DNA of 63,410 bases, filler included, from Octopus bimaculoides (lineage: Eukaryota), in assembly GCF_001194135.2 (NCBI RefSeq). It is 7 parts of 6 records of this genome, joined end to end, with 100 filler letters (N's around TTAATTAATTAA, not from the genome) between each part and the next. Parts side by side here need not be neighbours in the genome. Positions count along the whole stretch, not along the records: positions 1 to 15,221 come from NC_068986.1; positions 15,322 to 22,523 come from NC_068982.1; positions 22,624 to 40,560 come from NC_068984.1; 4 more parts are not named here. One strand, 5' to 3'. The notes under the pieces are model-generated. The model searched no databases. It saw nothing but the letters and a program-made list of their open reading frames with translations, and had not been told where the DNA came from. This document shows, piece by piece, positions 13,416 through 26,197 of the stretch (its first letter is position 1; the number at the start of each line of letters is the position of its first letter). Position numbers and translations under genes: made by a program.

Positions 13416-13780
13416 TGATGTATCAATACCAGCAGATGACAACGTTTCTCTAAAAGAAATGGAAAAACTTTCAAAATACAAAGACCTGGAAATAGAGATA
13501 ACTCGAATGTGGAATCTAAAAACAGAAACAATTCCTATCATAGTAGGTGCCTTAGGTATAATAAAAAAATATTCAGACAAATACATAACAAAAATAGCAG
13601 GACTTACAAATATATATAACATACAGAAAATTGCACTACTGGGTACTGCATACATTCTACGCAAAACACTTTCAATACAGTAAACATAAGAGCACCACAG
13701 CAAACCACAGCACATACCCAAGGCGCACAGAGCTGCGCTCGGTAGTGAAGTGAAAGCACGTTATAAAAATAAAACTACTG
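13414..13780 (+). mobile_element. 3' end of a Dong-like (R4 clade, RLE) retrotransposon inserted in (AAT)n
   Basis: IDVSIPADDNVSLKEMEKLSKYKDLEIEITRMWNLKTETIPIIVGALGIIKK...IQKIALLGTAYILRKTLSIQ* (stop at 13683), then a ~100-bp 3' UTR. (AAT)n on both sides (13270-13413, 13781-13802). Dong elements are known to target TAA repeats. Confidence 0.85.
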
Positions 13781-15175
13781 AATAATAATAATAATAATAA
13801 ATTATTCAATTTATATCGTATCAACATAGGGAGACTATTAGACGATTTATTGTTTAAAATAACTTTACAAAATTGAACAAAATAAAATATATTAGAAAGT
13901 CCACAAGTAAAGGGATGTACCTTAGCCGCCATTTGCAAAACGCATGCAAATATGGTATGTAACCCATTAACATTATAGTAATTAAGAAACGGTGAACGAA
14001 ATACTGTGTTTAAGACGTTTTTCTTTGTTTTTTATTCTTAAAAATGGTTTACGATTGTTTGAGAATATTCTGCAGCCAAATGCAGCTAGCTTCATGAATT
14101 CAAATGCAGCTGTGATTTATTTTTCGTCGAATGGTGTTTAGATGTAATTAAATTTAAATTTGAATTTTAGATTTTGTTTGAATACTAACGTGCAAATAAA
14201 AGAGGAATATTTGTTTAAAAGAAATATGAGTACAGGACAAAATAATTAATACATGCTTGGGAATTGAACACATATACAGGTATGCATGTTTCGTAGTGTC
14301 TGTTCCCCACCAAGCACTTGAGAACCAGTGTTGGATTAATTACGTGCCCGTAACATAGCGGTTAGGTAAAAGAGGTCGATAGAATAAGCACCAGGTTTAA
14401 AACTAAATACTTTGTGATATTTCCTTATCATTTGGCCCATCGCTGCTAAATAATATAGACACTGGATGAGCAAACAAAGGATTCTCTAGGTAAGCAGTTT
14501 CAAGCCTGGGCTCCAGAAACCATAGGAAGCTCAGAATTTTAGTACTGAATACCCCTAAGCAGCGATCAAAATTATAAGAGGCTGGTGCGTAAGATACATA
14601 ATTATTCAGTTAGGTATAATTATTCACACATAGACACACACACACACANNNNNNNNNNCACACACACACACACACACACACACACATGCACGCACGCACA
14701 CACACAGAGATTTGAGGAAACTAAAAGAAATACGACAGTGCTTGATCAGATTCCTCCTGAGGAAGCACCTACACACAGCTGTTTCTGAAAAAAATTCCAG
14801 TTATATATTGATTCTAAAGAATAATCTTATATCTCGTTTGCATGTATACATATACACATATTTCGTATTTTATACACAAACTGTTATATTTAATATGTTT
14901 GATTCGTTTATCTGCCTAATTGCCTCCGTGATATATAAATGTAAAGTCAGTAACTTAAAGTTGGTGCCGGTGCAGAAACAGATGTTGAGATTTGCTATTA
15001 AAACCCACGAGTTTCCGTCTTCGTATTAAATCATTCTTTATTAATCCTATACAATAGCGGAGTTCCACAGATTTATCCAGCCTTGAAAAATACTTTGATT
15101 TAGAATAGCATGCAGTGGCCAATAACGGTATAGAACCTTTTAAATGCAGGTTATCAGTTCATTATCAAGATTATA

Positions 15176-15217
<42 letters not shown>

Positions 15218-15221
15218 ACAC

Positions 15222-15321
15222 NNNNNNNNNNNNNNNNNNNNNNNNNNNNNNNNNNNNNNNNNNNNTTAATTAATTAANNNNNNNNNNNNNNNNNNNNNNN
15301 NNNNNNNNNNNNNNNNNNNNN
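15222..15321. other. Artificial 100-bp scaffold spacer (44 N + TTAATTAATTAA + 44 N)
   Basis: The same layout occurs at 22524-22623, 40561-40660, 46522-46621, 59317-59416 and 62164-62263; the 12-mer has stops in all six frames. Confidence 0.95.
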
Positions 15322-15352
<31 letters not shown>

Positions 15353-15608
15353 ACACACATAGATACAATTGTATGTGTATACGTATGTCTATGTAGCACA
15401 ATCAATCATGTTGAATAAAATAATGTGATAAATGATAAATTTTAATAATGTAAATAAATAAATGAATACATAAGAACAAATAAAACAAATATAAGACAAT
15501 TGTAATAATAATGCCAATGACATCAGCAACGTTAAATACAATAATGATAATAAAGATAATAATAATTTTCATTTTACTTACTCAGAGAAAGAAATTGATA
15601 ACAAAACC

Positions 15609-15764
15609 ATGATGATGATGATGGTGGTGGTGGTGGTGGTGGTGGTGGTGATGATGATGATGATGATGATGGTGGTGATGATACATTTATCCGCCATCTT
15701 CATTGTTGTCATTATCAACAACAACAATTCTTCATTAAAAATAACAACATTAATAATAATAATG

Positions 15765-15822
<58 letters not shown>

Positions 15823-15840
15823 TAATAATAATAATAACAA
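15609..15840. repeat. (GAT)/(GGT) and (AAT)n microsatellites
   Basis: Direct reading. Confidence 0.9.
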
Positions 15841-16422
15841 AGAAAAAGAATCGATATATGTGGATACTTCAAAGTAAACTGTCCACCTAATGATATTATG
15901 TATCTTTCTCATCATTGACAAGGGATCTTTGTCTTGTATTCCCAAGAGACAAGAACTTGTAATGTAATCTTGATCCTGCAAACCTAAAACTGTTCTTTCC
16001 ACACACACACACATGCACACACACAAACAAACAAACATATACATATACAGGTATATTTAACAGATGCATGCATGTATACACACACACACACACACATACA
16101 CACAAACATACACACCAAAATGCATATGAGAAGGAACGCTATTTTGCTGTTGATATTTAGAATCAAATATGCAGGGACATTTAAGTCAATTTATGGGGAG
16201 AAAATAATGTTTATATATTTATATATGTGCATGTCTATGTGTGTACGTGTGTGTGTGTGTGTGTGTGCCTGTATGTGCCCCTGTGTGTACCCCACCCTTC
16301 ATTGGTTCTTTGGGAGGCTTATAATTGAAGAGAGGAGGAAGAGAAATAGGTTAGTAATATAAAATGACAACATATATATATATATATATATAGATAGATA
16401 GATAGATATCTGTTGTGTTTTT

Positions 16423-16568
16423 TAAGTAGTTTGTTTACCAGCCACATGGTTCTGGGTTCAGTCCCACTGCAGAGTACCTTGTGCAAGTGTCTTCTACTAT
16501 AGCCTCAGGCCAACCAAAGCCTTGTCAGTGGATTTGGTAGAGAAAAACTGAAAGAAGCCTGTCGTATA
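16423..16568 (+). mobile_element. SINE family A, 5' half, CpG-eroded
   Basis: Matches the family-A head, with TTCTGGG for TTCCGGG and GCCTCAGGCCAACC for GCCTCGGGCCGACC. Confidence 0.8.
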
Positions 16569-16593
16569 TATATATATATGATGATGATGATGA

Positions 16594-16678
<85 letters not shown>

Positions 16679-18218
16679 ATTGAAAGACAGATATTAAAAA
16701 CCAAAATTAACAAACAGAAAGAATCAGAAATATGATAAAATAGACAATCACAGAGAGAGCAAGAGGGGGTTGGGAGAGGGAGAGGAAGAGTGAAGGGGAG
16801 AGGAAGAGTGAAGGGGAGAGAAGGGGAAAAGAGAGAGAGAGATTTTATGATTGAGAGGGTGAGAGAGAGAGAGGGAGAGACACTGTGGTTGCTACTGCTG
16901 ATTGCTATTGTAATAATAAGCAAATGACAATCATGATAATGATTATGATGACAGTAATAGTATAATGATGATGAAAATCAAGAGGATCCTGAAACACACC
17001 AGAGACCTTTTACAATAATAAAGAAGGGAAGAAAAAGAGGCAGATTTTATGGCCATTTTAGAACAGACTGCTGTGGTAGAGGTAGTGGTGGCAGTGGCGG
17101 TGGTGGTGGGGAAAGGCTATATTGCCTAACATTCAGGATTTCTTCTGACTGAGCTTCATAAGGAATAAATGCAGCCAAAATGGACCTACAACAGAGCTCC
17201 TATGCACTTGTTCCATCTACTAGAAATAGCAGCTAATCTTTTACTGTTAAAAAACAAAAAGGACACACTAGATATACAAAAGATGTGGTAGCCATGTCTG
17301 GAATACTTTGGGGATAACCTAGATTAACTGAACAACAGCAACATGCAAAAATATGATGGCCATAGCTGGAATACATTTTGATGGTAAAATCTACTCAATC
17401 AGGAATTACCTGGGGTTACATAAACAGCAACACAGCAGCAAAATATACAAAAATATGTAGATGATGATCATTGCTTGAATGCATTCAATGACAAAGTTTG
17501 CTCAGTAAAAGCTGACCTAGGGTTGAATAAACAGCAACAGCATCCAAGCTAGGTAATAAAAAGCTCAAGATGTATGTGAAACTCAGAGTTACTGCATAGG
17601 ATTAGACTGGAGCTAAAGGCTACGAGATAGCTGATCTGTTAGAGATGACGATGATGGTGGTGGCAGTTGTTTTGGTGGCAGTGGCGGCTGCGGTGGCAGT
17701 GGTGGTGGTGGTGGTGACAATGGTGATAATGATGATGATGATGATGATGATGATGATGGTGATTGTAATGTCTCATGACATTTCTTCTGGCTCTTCATGT
17801 TCTGAATCTGATTCCTGCCATGGTCAACTTTGCCTTCCAATCTTTCATTGTTTTTTGAAACAAAGCACTAACCAAGTATTGGAATGAATGGTTTTGACTT
17901 GCCCACTCCCCAACCAAAACTGCTGGCTTCATGCTCAAATTTGAAGACGTTATATGGGAGCTAAAATAAATTTCTAGTTAGTGATCATTTTGTTTTAGAT
18001 ACGTTTTTTTCAAGAAGAATTACAATGTAGTAACATGTTTAAAATGTCTGAGATGTGAAGCTATAGCTAATAGTATCATAATTCATTATATACAAGTATT
18101 AGTGACTTATATATAATGAATCAGTTATTATGTACAAATTAAGCAATGAGTGAAAAGTACATGAAAGGGACAAGTTTTAATAAATGTTTTAGTTTAACTA
18201 CTAAAAAGAAGGAAAATA

Positions 18219-18254
18219 TTCTGACATTTTGGATACAGGTCCTTCATCAGAAAA
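18219..18254 (-). ncRNA. Decayed minimal hammerhead ribozyme motif (Penelope-type)
   Basis: Minus: TTTT CTGATGA A GGA cctgta TCC AAAA TGTC AGAA. Two CpG transitions restore CCGAAACGTC. As written, G12 is lost, so it is predicted inactive. Confidence 0.45.
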
Positions 18255-18551
18255 AATAAAAGAATGAGAAAAGGTGATAGGAATAAGGAAAAAAGTTATC
18301 TAATGACAAAGATCAAACCAATCTTTTATAGCATAAAAATAAGTATTATAGATATATCTCTATCACAGTTTCTAGTACAGGTATGTCATGTCTCTGCATA
18401 TCATAAGAGGCAACTAGTATCAGGAAGAGCATCTTGGTATAAAACAATAAACAGTGTCTCAAGAAGTCACATCTGACTTATGTTAGAATGGAGATATGCA
18501 TGTAATATGTTGATAGTTATAAGACACTCTAATGAGAAGTTTAATAGAATA

Positions 18552-18780
18552 TCATCATCATCATCATCATCATCGTTTACCGTTCGCTTTCCATGCTAGC
18601 ATGGATTGGACAATTTGACTGAGGACTGGTGATTCAGATGGCTACACCGGGCTCCAATCTGATTTGGCAGAGTTTCTACAGCTGGATGCCCTTCCTAACA
18701 CCAACCACTCCGAGAGTGTTATGGGTGCTTTTACGTGCCACCGGCATGAAGGCCAGTCAGGCGGTACTGGCAATGCAGGT
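18552..18780 (-). mobile_element. RTE-type LINE/SINE 3' end with (GAT)n tail
   Basis: (CAT)n followed by CGTTTACCGTTCGCTTTCCATGCTAGCATGG...GGATGCCCTTCCTAACACCAACC. A related, oppositely oriented tail is at ~21610-21725. Confidence 0.55.
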
Positions 18781-19774
18781 TAAAATAAATCATCAGAAAA
18801 AAACTTTCATAGCAAAATTGCTATCATATTTCTTAGGAATTGCTATTTTCACTAGCTTCATATTTACTCCAAACCCTTTGACAAATTTTCTGCTGGTTTC
18901 ATCTTCATGTGTATTATTTGCGGAATATTTTATTAATCTTTCCTTCCATGATTACATGCAGATAGATTCTTAGTAAACATCTACAGGAATGGCAGATTTG
19001 GCCTGAACAGAAACAACAAAATGAAATAAGAAAGTATGCAGAATTTGTCTTATGCAGAATAGTTTAAATATCAAGTTACCTACCAGTTTGCCCATTACTG
19101 TTGTTTGGGTGATTTGAGAAATAGCATGAAGAATGAACAAAATTGCATAAGAATGTGAAGATTTGATAAGGCACTAAATAATAATAAGAATTGACAGTAA
19201 ATCTAAGACACCATACCCAAAAAGCAGGGTTGGTAACAGTAGTAAACTACATCATTCTACATTTAACAATTTAAATTGCTTTTGGCATGTCTTTCACAAG
19301 AAAGATTAAATTTCTTGTTTGTGACAAATATGAATGTGGTAAATATGAGGATATATATGAAATTTCTCCATGAAACAGATCTTGAAATCCTTCATTATAT
19401 TTCTGTATCTTAGTAGGAAGTCCAAAGAAAAGCATTTATTTTCATCTTCTTATCATTATCCAGATAAGGTTTGAGAGTGCAGTGTTGTTCTCCTTTAAGT
19501 GATATCAAACAAGCTGCTATATTAAGTTCTGGCAGAATTTGAAAGGAAACTCAATAAAATCTATCTAGATGCTAAGAGATTTTTGAGTAATGGTTTTTGT
19601 TCAATCATAAATGACTGAATTCTTTTAGAGACCAGCATGTCCCAGACAATCCCAGGTTCTATGATATGAAAGGCTTAATTTTAAAGTGTTCATTTTTAAA
19701 TTAAAATCTTCCATCATAAATTTATGCAAGAATCATTTTATTATGTTTCAAACACCAGATTAATGATGGCATCT

Positions 19775-19967
19775 AACTTTGGCGCAAGGCCAGCAATTTT
19801 AAAGGGAGTTAGTTGATACCATCAACCTCAGTGTTTGATAAGTACTTTATTTTATTGACCTTGAAAGGATGAAAGACAAAGTTAACCTTAGCAGGATTTG
19901 AAACCAAAGCAAAAAGAGCCACAAATACCATAAAGAGTCTAACAATTCGGCCAATCAATTGCCCTAA
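19775..19967 (-). mobile_element. SINE family B, diverged
   Basis: GCGCAAGGCCAGCAATTTT...GAAAGGATGAAAGACAAAGTTAACCT...GGATTTGAA matches the reverse complement of family B. Confidence 0.7.
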
Positions 19968-20069
19968 ACATCAGATAAATTCTTTCAAATACTTATTTAC
20001 AAAACTAATTAAAATACATACCTTGTGAATTTTATCTAAAATATCGTCACCTAATACTATTTAGTTTTT

Positions 20070-20110
20070 GTTAAATCATTTCATTGCACTCTTGCAACCT
20101 CTTCAGTAAC
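20070..20110 (-). ncRNA. Minimal hammerhead-like motif, eroded
   Basis: Minus: GTTA CTGAAGA G GTTGCA agag TGCAAT GAAA TGAT T TAAC. Stem I GUUA/UAAC, stem II 6 bp with G.U at its base, rudimentary stem III, AUU triplet. Confidence 0.45.
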
Positions 20111-20623
20111 CCGTCTCTCCACTTCCATTTATAAATACTGTTTATAAATAAATAAAGGACCGAACCAGCGCGTGTGTTTATTACCAGCATAATGCCTCTC
20201 CCAAGGTTTAATAATATTTCTTTCAACACACGTATCCACATCAAGAATCTTGCACACCAAATACACATACGAAATTGTCACCTAATGTTTAAATTATTTA
20301 CTTTCAATGATTAGAATCTCAACTTTAAGTTTATACTCTCCATTTATTATTGTTGTTCTTTTTTTTTTTCACATTTGCTGAGGTTAATGAGCTGCTGTGC
20401 ACGGCTCATACATAGTTGACCATTAAGAATTTATTGGAAAATTTGTGTACAATTCTTTTCATTCTAATCCAACAAATGAACCAATGCTGATAGAGATACT
20501 TCTATTTTCTTCAAAAAGTGTAATTTAGAAAACATTCCTGTCCATGCTGCTTCATCTTAACATTTCAACATTTCTACTACTTTACTATATTTTAACCATG
20601 TGAACAACTATGTATGTGCATAC

Positions 20624-20734
<111 letters not shown>

Positions 20735-21195
20735 TATATATATATTTGTTATGCCATGTAGGCAATGTCTGATGATTGTGTTGGAACACTAGACATGTTA
20801 CAAAACAATGTTTGACCTGTTCTCAGCAATAAAACTAATAATAGCATATAGAAACATATATTGTGTTTATTAAATGATATTTCTCTCTCACCAGATGGAG
20901 AACTTCTTTTGTTGATCTTACCACCACAGAACAGTACACTATATATATATATATATATATATATATGATACCAAAAGATTTCTAATTTCCCCTTTTTGCT
21001 GTACAATAACTGTGCTAATAATATTTCCATAATTCTTAATTTCAAATTTGTATTTTGACCAACATACAGCAACAACTGAGACTACCTGTTGGATTGTAAT
21101 TACGGAATTTAGTAGATGTGCTTCAAGAGGAAGCAACTGGAATTTACCCAAACTACTCGCACAATATATAAGTAGGTGTGTGTGTGTGCATGCAT

Positions 21196-21440
21196 GGAAG
21201 CATGTGTTTTAGTGGTTAGGGTGTTGTGCGCATGGTATATAAGATTGTGGTTTCGAATCCTGAACCAGGTAATGCATTGTGTTCTTGAGTAAAATACTTA
21301 ATTTCATATTGTTCCAGTCGACTCAACAACCAAAAATTAGTGAACCCTGTGATGGATTTTGTGGTGTATAGGTTCCCATCTATATTTGCATGTAGAGATG
21401 TACACACCACAGGATTCAGGAAACCAGCCTTATGAGTCAA
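21196..21440 (+). mobile_element. tRNA-derived SINE family C, diverged
   Basis: TTAGTGGTTAGGG...GGTTTCGAATCC...TGTGTTCTTGAGTAAAATACTTAATTTCA resembles 23373-23709. Confidence 0.6.
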
Positions 21441-22481
21441 TGACTTAGGAAGAACCTTTGATCCTTTTTTGATACACACACACACACTCACACACATTTG
21501 GTGAAAGATGTAATGTTTGAGTGGTGCTGTTGCTGTCACTTCTCTTGTTAATATGTCAATAAATCGTCCACTTGTATTGCGACTTCAAAGCTGTGGGGAA
21601 AAAGAGATTTCTTACTCGAAAAACAGGTAAGTGTCTGAACCAAGAAGGGCATCCAACTGAAAAACAATGCCTCAATAACATATTCACCTAACCCATACGA
21701 GCATTGAAAAACAGTTGTAAAAACAAATTAACATATCTGTTTAGGTGCATATATATATCTATCTATCTATCTATCCATCTATATATATATATATATATAT
21801 ATATACACAACCATATATATGGTGACATATACATAGTTCTTTCATATAATAAACAATATCTACTCGTGTCCTCCATTTTCATAATGAAACTTCAGATTTT
21901 TTTCAACAAAAGACAAGAAAATTGCACAGATATGCATGTGTGTGTACATGTGAGCATCTCTCTCTCTCTCTCTCTCTCTCTTACTCACTCTCTCTCTCTA
22001 CTCACACTCATTCACTCTCTCTGTGACATGTGAGTGTGTGATCACTTTAAGATGCTCATGCAAGCATGTTTGTAATGTCCCCCCACCCATTCAGGAAAAC
22101 CTTCAGTCTAAATTTTTTTTAAAGTCACTTTGTTATTTTATGCATCCCGGAGTATGCATGTGCTGCAGTAAATGTGCATTCATGCATGTTAGATTCTTAC
22201 ATATATCTTACAGTTGTTTGTATATTAATCCGTATGAATCTTTATGTCGGTCTTCCCTTTTATAAACACCCATACACACATGCATACATACACACACACA
22301 CACACATGCATGTGTAAGTATGTATACCCATACAAATATATATATATATATACATGCATGCATATACATACTTGTGTATATGTGTGCGTATACATATATA
22401 CACATGTAATAAACTACTGTATGTGTATCCCCATCCAGGATGAAACTAATCTTAAGAGCCACTGAATTTTCCAATACCTAC

Positions 22482-22523
<42 letters not shown>

Positions 22524-22623
22524 NNNNNNNNNNNNNNNNNNNNNNNNNNNNNNNNNNNNNNNNNNNNTTAATTAATTAANNNNNNNNNNNNNNNNNNNNN
22601 NNNNNNNNNNNNNNNNNNNNNNN

Positions 22624-22778
22624 AGTTAATTTTTTAAATGTTTAATTTTTTCTAGTAATCGATTAGTTAATTTTTTAAATGTTTAAATTTTTCTAGTAAT
22701 CGATTAGTTAATTTTTTAAATGTTTAAATTTTTCTAGTAATCGATTAGTTAATTTTTTAAATGTTTAATTTTTTCTAG
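22624..22778. repeat. 41-bp minisatellite, 3.8 copies, truncated by the gap
   Basis: Unit AGTTAATTTTTTAAATGTTTAA(T/A)TTTTTCTAGTAATCGATT starting at 22624, 22665, 22706 and 22747. Confidence 0.9.
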
Positions 22779-23372
22779 CGGAAGTGTAATAGTATCAGCG
22801 TTTTTGTTTGTTTTTGGCAGAATTACCTTTCAGACATACAACAAAGGAGTTCACATAAAAAATTTTGCAAGCCTCTTCAATAAGAGTTGAACCAAATATG
22901 CAGGTGGTTTTAATGCTGTAAAATTAAATTTTTAATACAAAGATGACTGACTGATGAAGGCCACATGCTAGCAGATTAGTGAGGATATTCTGATAACATG
23001 ACATGTTTAGAAGGCATTGATATCGTGAACCTCTCGCGAACAAGGGGTCACTAGTGCCCGACTCAACTCAATAAATATTCTATAAACCTGACTCTACGGA
23101 AGCCATGTTTGTGATAACTGAAAGATGAGAGAGATAGAAAGACAGAGGATAATTGTTAACGAACGATAATCCCATGGAATATGGGGCATACGATGTTAAA
23201 TCAATAGATAAATAACTGTTAGATTCGAAAAACCGTTGCCCATTTTGGATATAGTACATACCATATCATGTTTGAAAAGATTTGCATACTCACTATAAGT
23301 TAAAAGAAAATATTGTAGATTTTGTCGATGAGATTGTTTAGAAGATTGTTTTGTTAACTAATAACTAACAAG

Positions 23373-23709
23373 GGTGAAGGCGCATTGCTCAGTGGTTAGA
23401 GCGCCGAAATTACGATCGTGAGGTTGTGAGTTCGATTCCCGGACCAGGCTGCATGTTGTGCTCTTGAGCAAGACGCTTTATTTCATGTTGATCCAGTAAA
23501 CTCAGCTGCAGAAATGAGTTGCGATATCACTGGTGCTAAGCTGTATCGGCCTTTGCCTTTCCCTTGGATAACATCAGTAGTGTGATGAGGGGAGTCCGGT
23601 ATGCATGGGCGACTGCTAGCCTTCCATAAACAACCTTGCCCGGTCTTGTGCCTCGGAGGGTAACTTTCTAGGTGCAATCCCATGGTCATTCATGACCGAA
23701 GGGGGTCTC
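23373..23709 (+). mobile_element. tRNA-derived SINE family C
   Basis: A box GCTCAGTGGTTAG, B box GAGTTCGATTCC, then CTCTTGAGCAAGACGCTTTATTTCA core; A/C-rich tail. Confidence 0.85.
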
Positions 23710-24299
23710 AAACAAAACAACAAAAAAACTAACAAGGATAACACAAAGTACAAAACATGTCTGTTGTACATTTGAAACCGCTTATGTTCCTTACTTAACA
23801 CATACATCTTCAAAAGTCATGGATAACGTTTCCTATTGTTCTTCGTGCTAAGCTAATTACTGAAATAAACAAGGATTCCATTATATTTCTTCTGACGCAA
23901 CATTTCTTCGAATATATATTACGCATCAAACATATATTTAGCCTTCTTACAGATATATTTATTGAATATTATGTGAAAATTGAGGCATCTTTTACTCCCA
24001 GATACAGAGATCAGATATATTCGTAAGAAATATCGTTTTTAAAGCCAAGTTTATCAATTTAACAATGTTTGTTGTAGCCATTTTCTCTCAAACGAAATTA
24101 GCTCTAGGTTCGATTTAAGAAAGTGGAACGCAGCTGCTTTGAATCTGGTAAGTCCAAGACTAATTTCATAAGCAGTTTTACTATTTAATCGGATTATTGA
24201 CTAAAATCTCTGAAGATCAGAGGACAGACATCAAGCTGGATGACAGCGGTAATTATGACATTCATGGTGACGTTCATGCTGGTGATGGTGAGAGTGTGT

Positions 24300-24730
24300 C
24301 GAAAATGATGACGACGACGATGACGACAACGACCGCGATGACGGCGACGACAACGACGACAACAACGACGAAGATGTTGATGACGATGATGACGACGACG
24401 ATGATGGTGATGGTAATGTTTGTGCTGGTGTTGATGATGATGATGATGATGGGGGGAGGAGGAGGACGAGGAGGATGGTGGTGGTGGTGGTGGTAGTGGT
24501 GATGATGATGTTGATGATCATCATCATCATCAACATCATCATGTTGATGAAGACGGTGGTGATGACGAACTTGGCTAAAACAGCGACGAAGACAGCAGCG
24601 AGAGAGAAAACAATGACGATGAAGACGTTGATGATTAGGACGATGATGATGATGATGATGATGATGATGACGACGACGACGTTGATGATGATGATGATGT
24701 TGATGATGATAATAAAAACGATCATCATTA
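24300..24730. repeat. Compound (GAC)/(GAT)/(GGT) trinucleotide array
   Basis: Direct reading. Confidence 0.85.
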
Positions 24731-25186
24731 TATGATTACAACAACACCAACACCAACGATCCTGAAAGCGATAGTGATTTGCTAAGGATATAATGACTGA
24801 GATTAAAACAATCTTTCAAATCCATCGTTACATAGATTTCACTATCAATTGCTGAAATTATGTTCAATGGATTTTTATTTTAGTCTTCTTTTTTTTCTTT
24901 TCTTGTATGTATTTATTTTTATGGCTTTTATTGTTGGAAATTTGAATTATTAGAAGAGATCGAATACATCGTCTACCCACCCCGACCCTACCATGCCATT
25001 CACACTAACACACTGTGGATTACTTCAGATATTAATCCTTGGAGACATTTTGCTTTCAGAATGGACTCTCTCTCTCTCTGTCTCTATCTCTCTCTCTCTA
25101 TCTCTCTCTCTTTCTCTCTCTCTCTCTCACCCTCCATGTATCTATCTACTTATTTTCTATACATATGTATATGCATGTATATATAT

Positions 25187-25257
<71 letters not shown>

Positions 25258-26118
25258 NNNNNNNNNNNNNNNNNNNNNNNNNNNNNNNNNNNNNNNNNNN
25301 NNNNNNNNNNNNNNNNNNNNNNNNNNNNNNNNNNNNNNNNNNNNNNNNNNNNNNNNNNNNNNNNNNNNNNNNNNNNNNNNNNNNNNNNNNNNNNNNNNNN
25401 NNNNNNNNNNNNNNNNNNNNNNNNNNNNNNNNNNNNNNNNNNNNNNNNNNNNNNNNNNNNNNNNNNNNNNNNNNNNNNNNNNNNNNNNNNNNNNNNNNNN
25501 NNNNNNNNNNNNNNNNNNNNNNNNNNNNNNNNNNNNNNNNNNNNNNNNNNNNNNNNNNNNNNNNNNNNNNNNNNNNNNNNNNNNNNNNNNNNNNNNNNNN
25601 NNNNNNNNNNNNNNNNNNNNNNNNNNNNNNNNNNNNNNNNNNNNNNNNNNNNNNNNNNNNNNNNNNNNNNNNNNNTTGCATTGAAAAACAAAATCACACC
25701 TCTTTCAATTTCATGTTTTTGTATTAGAGAACATAAGTGTAACCACTAGGTCCCTCTCTATCTTTCAGTCTATCTGTCTGACTCTCTATGTATCTATCCA
25801 TCTATCTATCTATCTATCTATCTATATATTAAACTATCTACCTACCTATATTTCTATCTATCTATCTCCATTGTCATGGAACCTCACCCCCCCCCCAAAA
25901 AAAAAACAATGTTCTCTTCTTCTAAATACAACTCCAAGAAAACATCTGTTTTATATATATGAACAAGCTGTTTGTACATTCACAAAAATTTATTTTACAA
26001 GTTCGAGAAACAAACGAAAGTGCTAATAATAATGAAGAAATAAAAATATTTTTTTTATCAAAATTCTGATAACTTTTTTCTCAATATTTGTATGTGTGTG
26101 TGTGCGTGCGTGCGTGCC

Positions 26119-26197
<79 letters not shown>

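Noticed and set aside
14757-14795. CTGAGGA followed by ACAGCTGT
   Set aside because: No stem II or GAAA in register and no stem I.
15266-15277. TTAATTAATTAA as a biological repeated site
   Set aside because: Always centred in exactly 44+44 Ns; an assembly spacer.
18860-19003. Good minus-strand acceptor (TTTCTGTTCAG) followed by QICHSCRCLL...
   Set aside because: Short, stops in every frame, no recognisable domain or partner exon.
20021-20283. Exon-like minus-strand stretch (AG acceptor, CACAAG|GTATGT donor; ...KPWERHYAGNKH... resembling a U1-type zinc finger)
   Set aside because: All three frames contain stops between the splice sites, Cys spacing does not fit, and it overlaps a hammerhead-like motif. 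A non-coding exon cannot be excluded.
22624-22778. CRISPR-like array
   Set aside because: Tandem units without unique spacers, in eukaryotic DNA.
23373-23450. tRNA genes at SINE heads (also 28160-28227, 34400-34455, 54169-54230)
   Set aside because: A/B boxes are present, but no complete cloverleaf or acceptor stem, and each continues into a SINE body.
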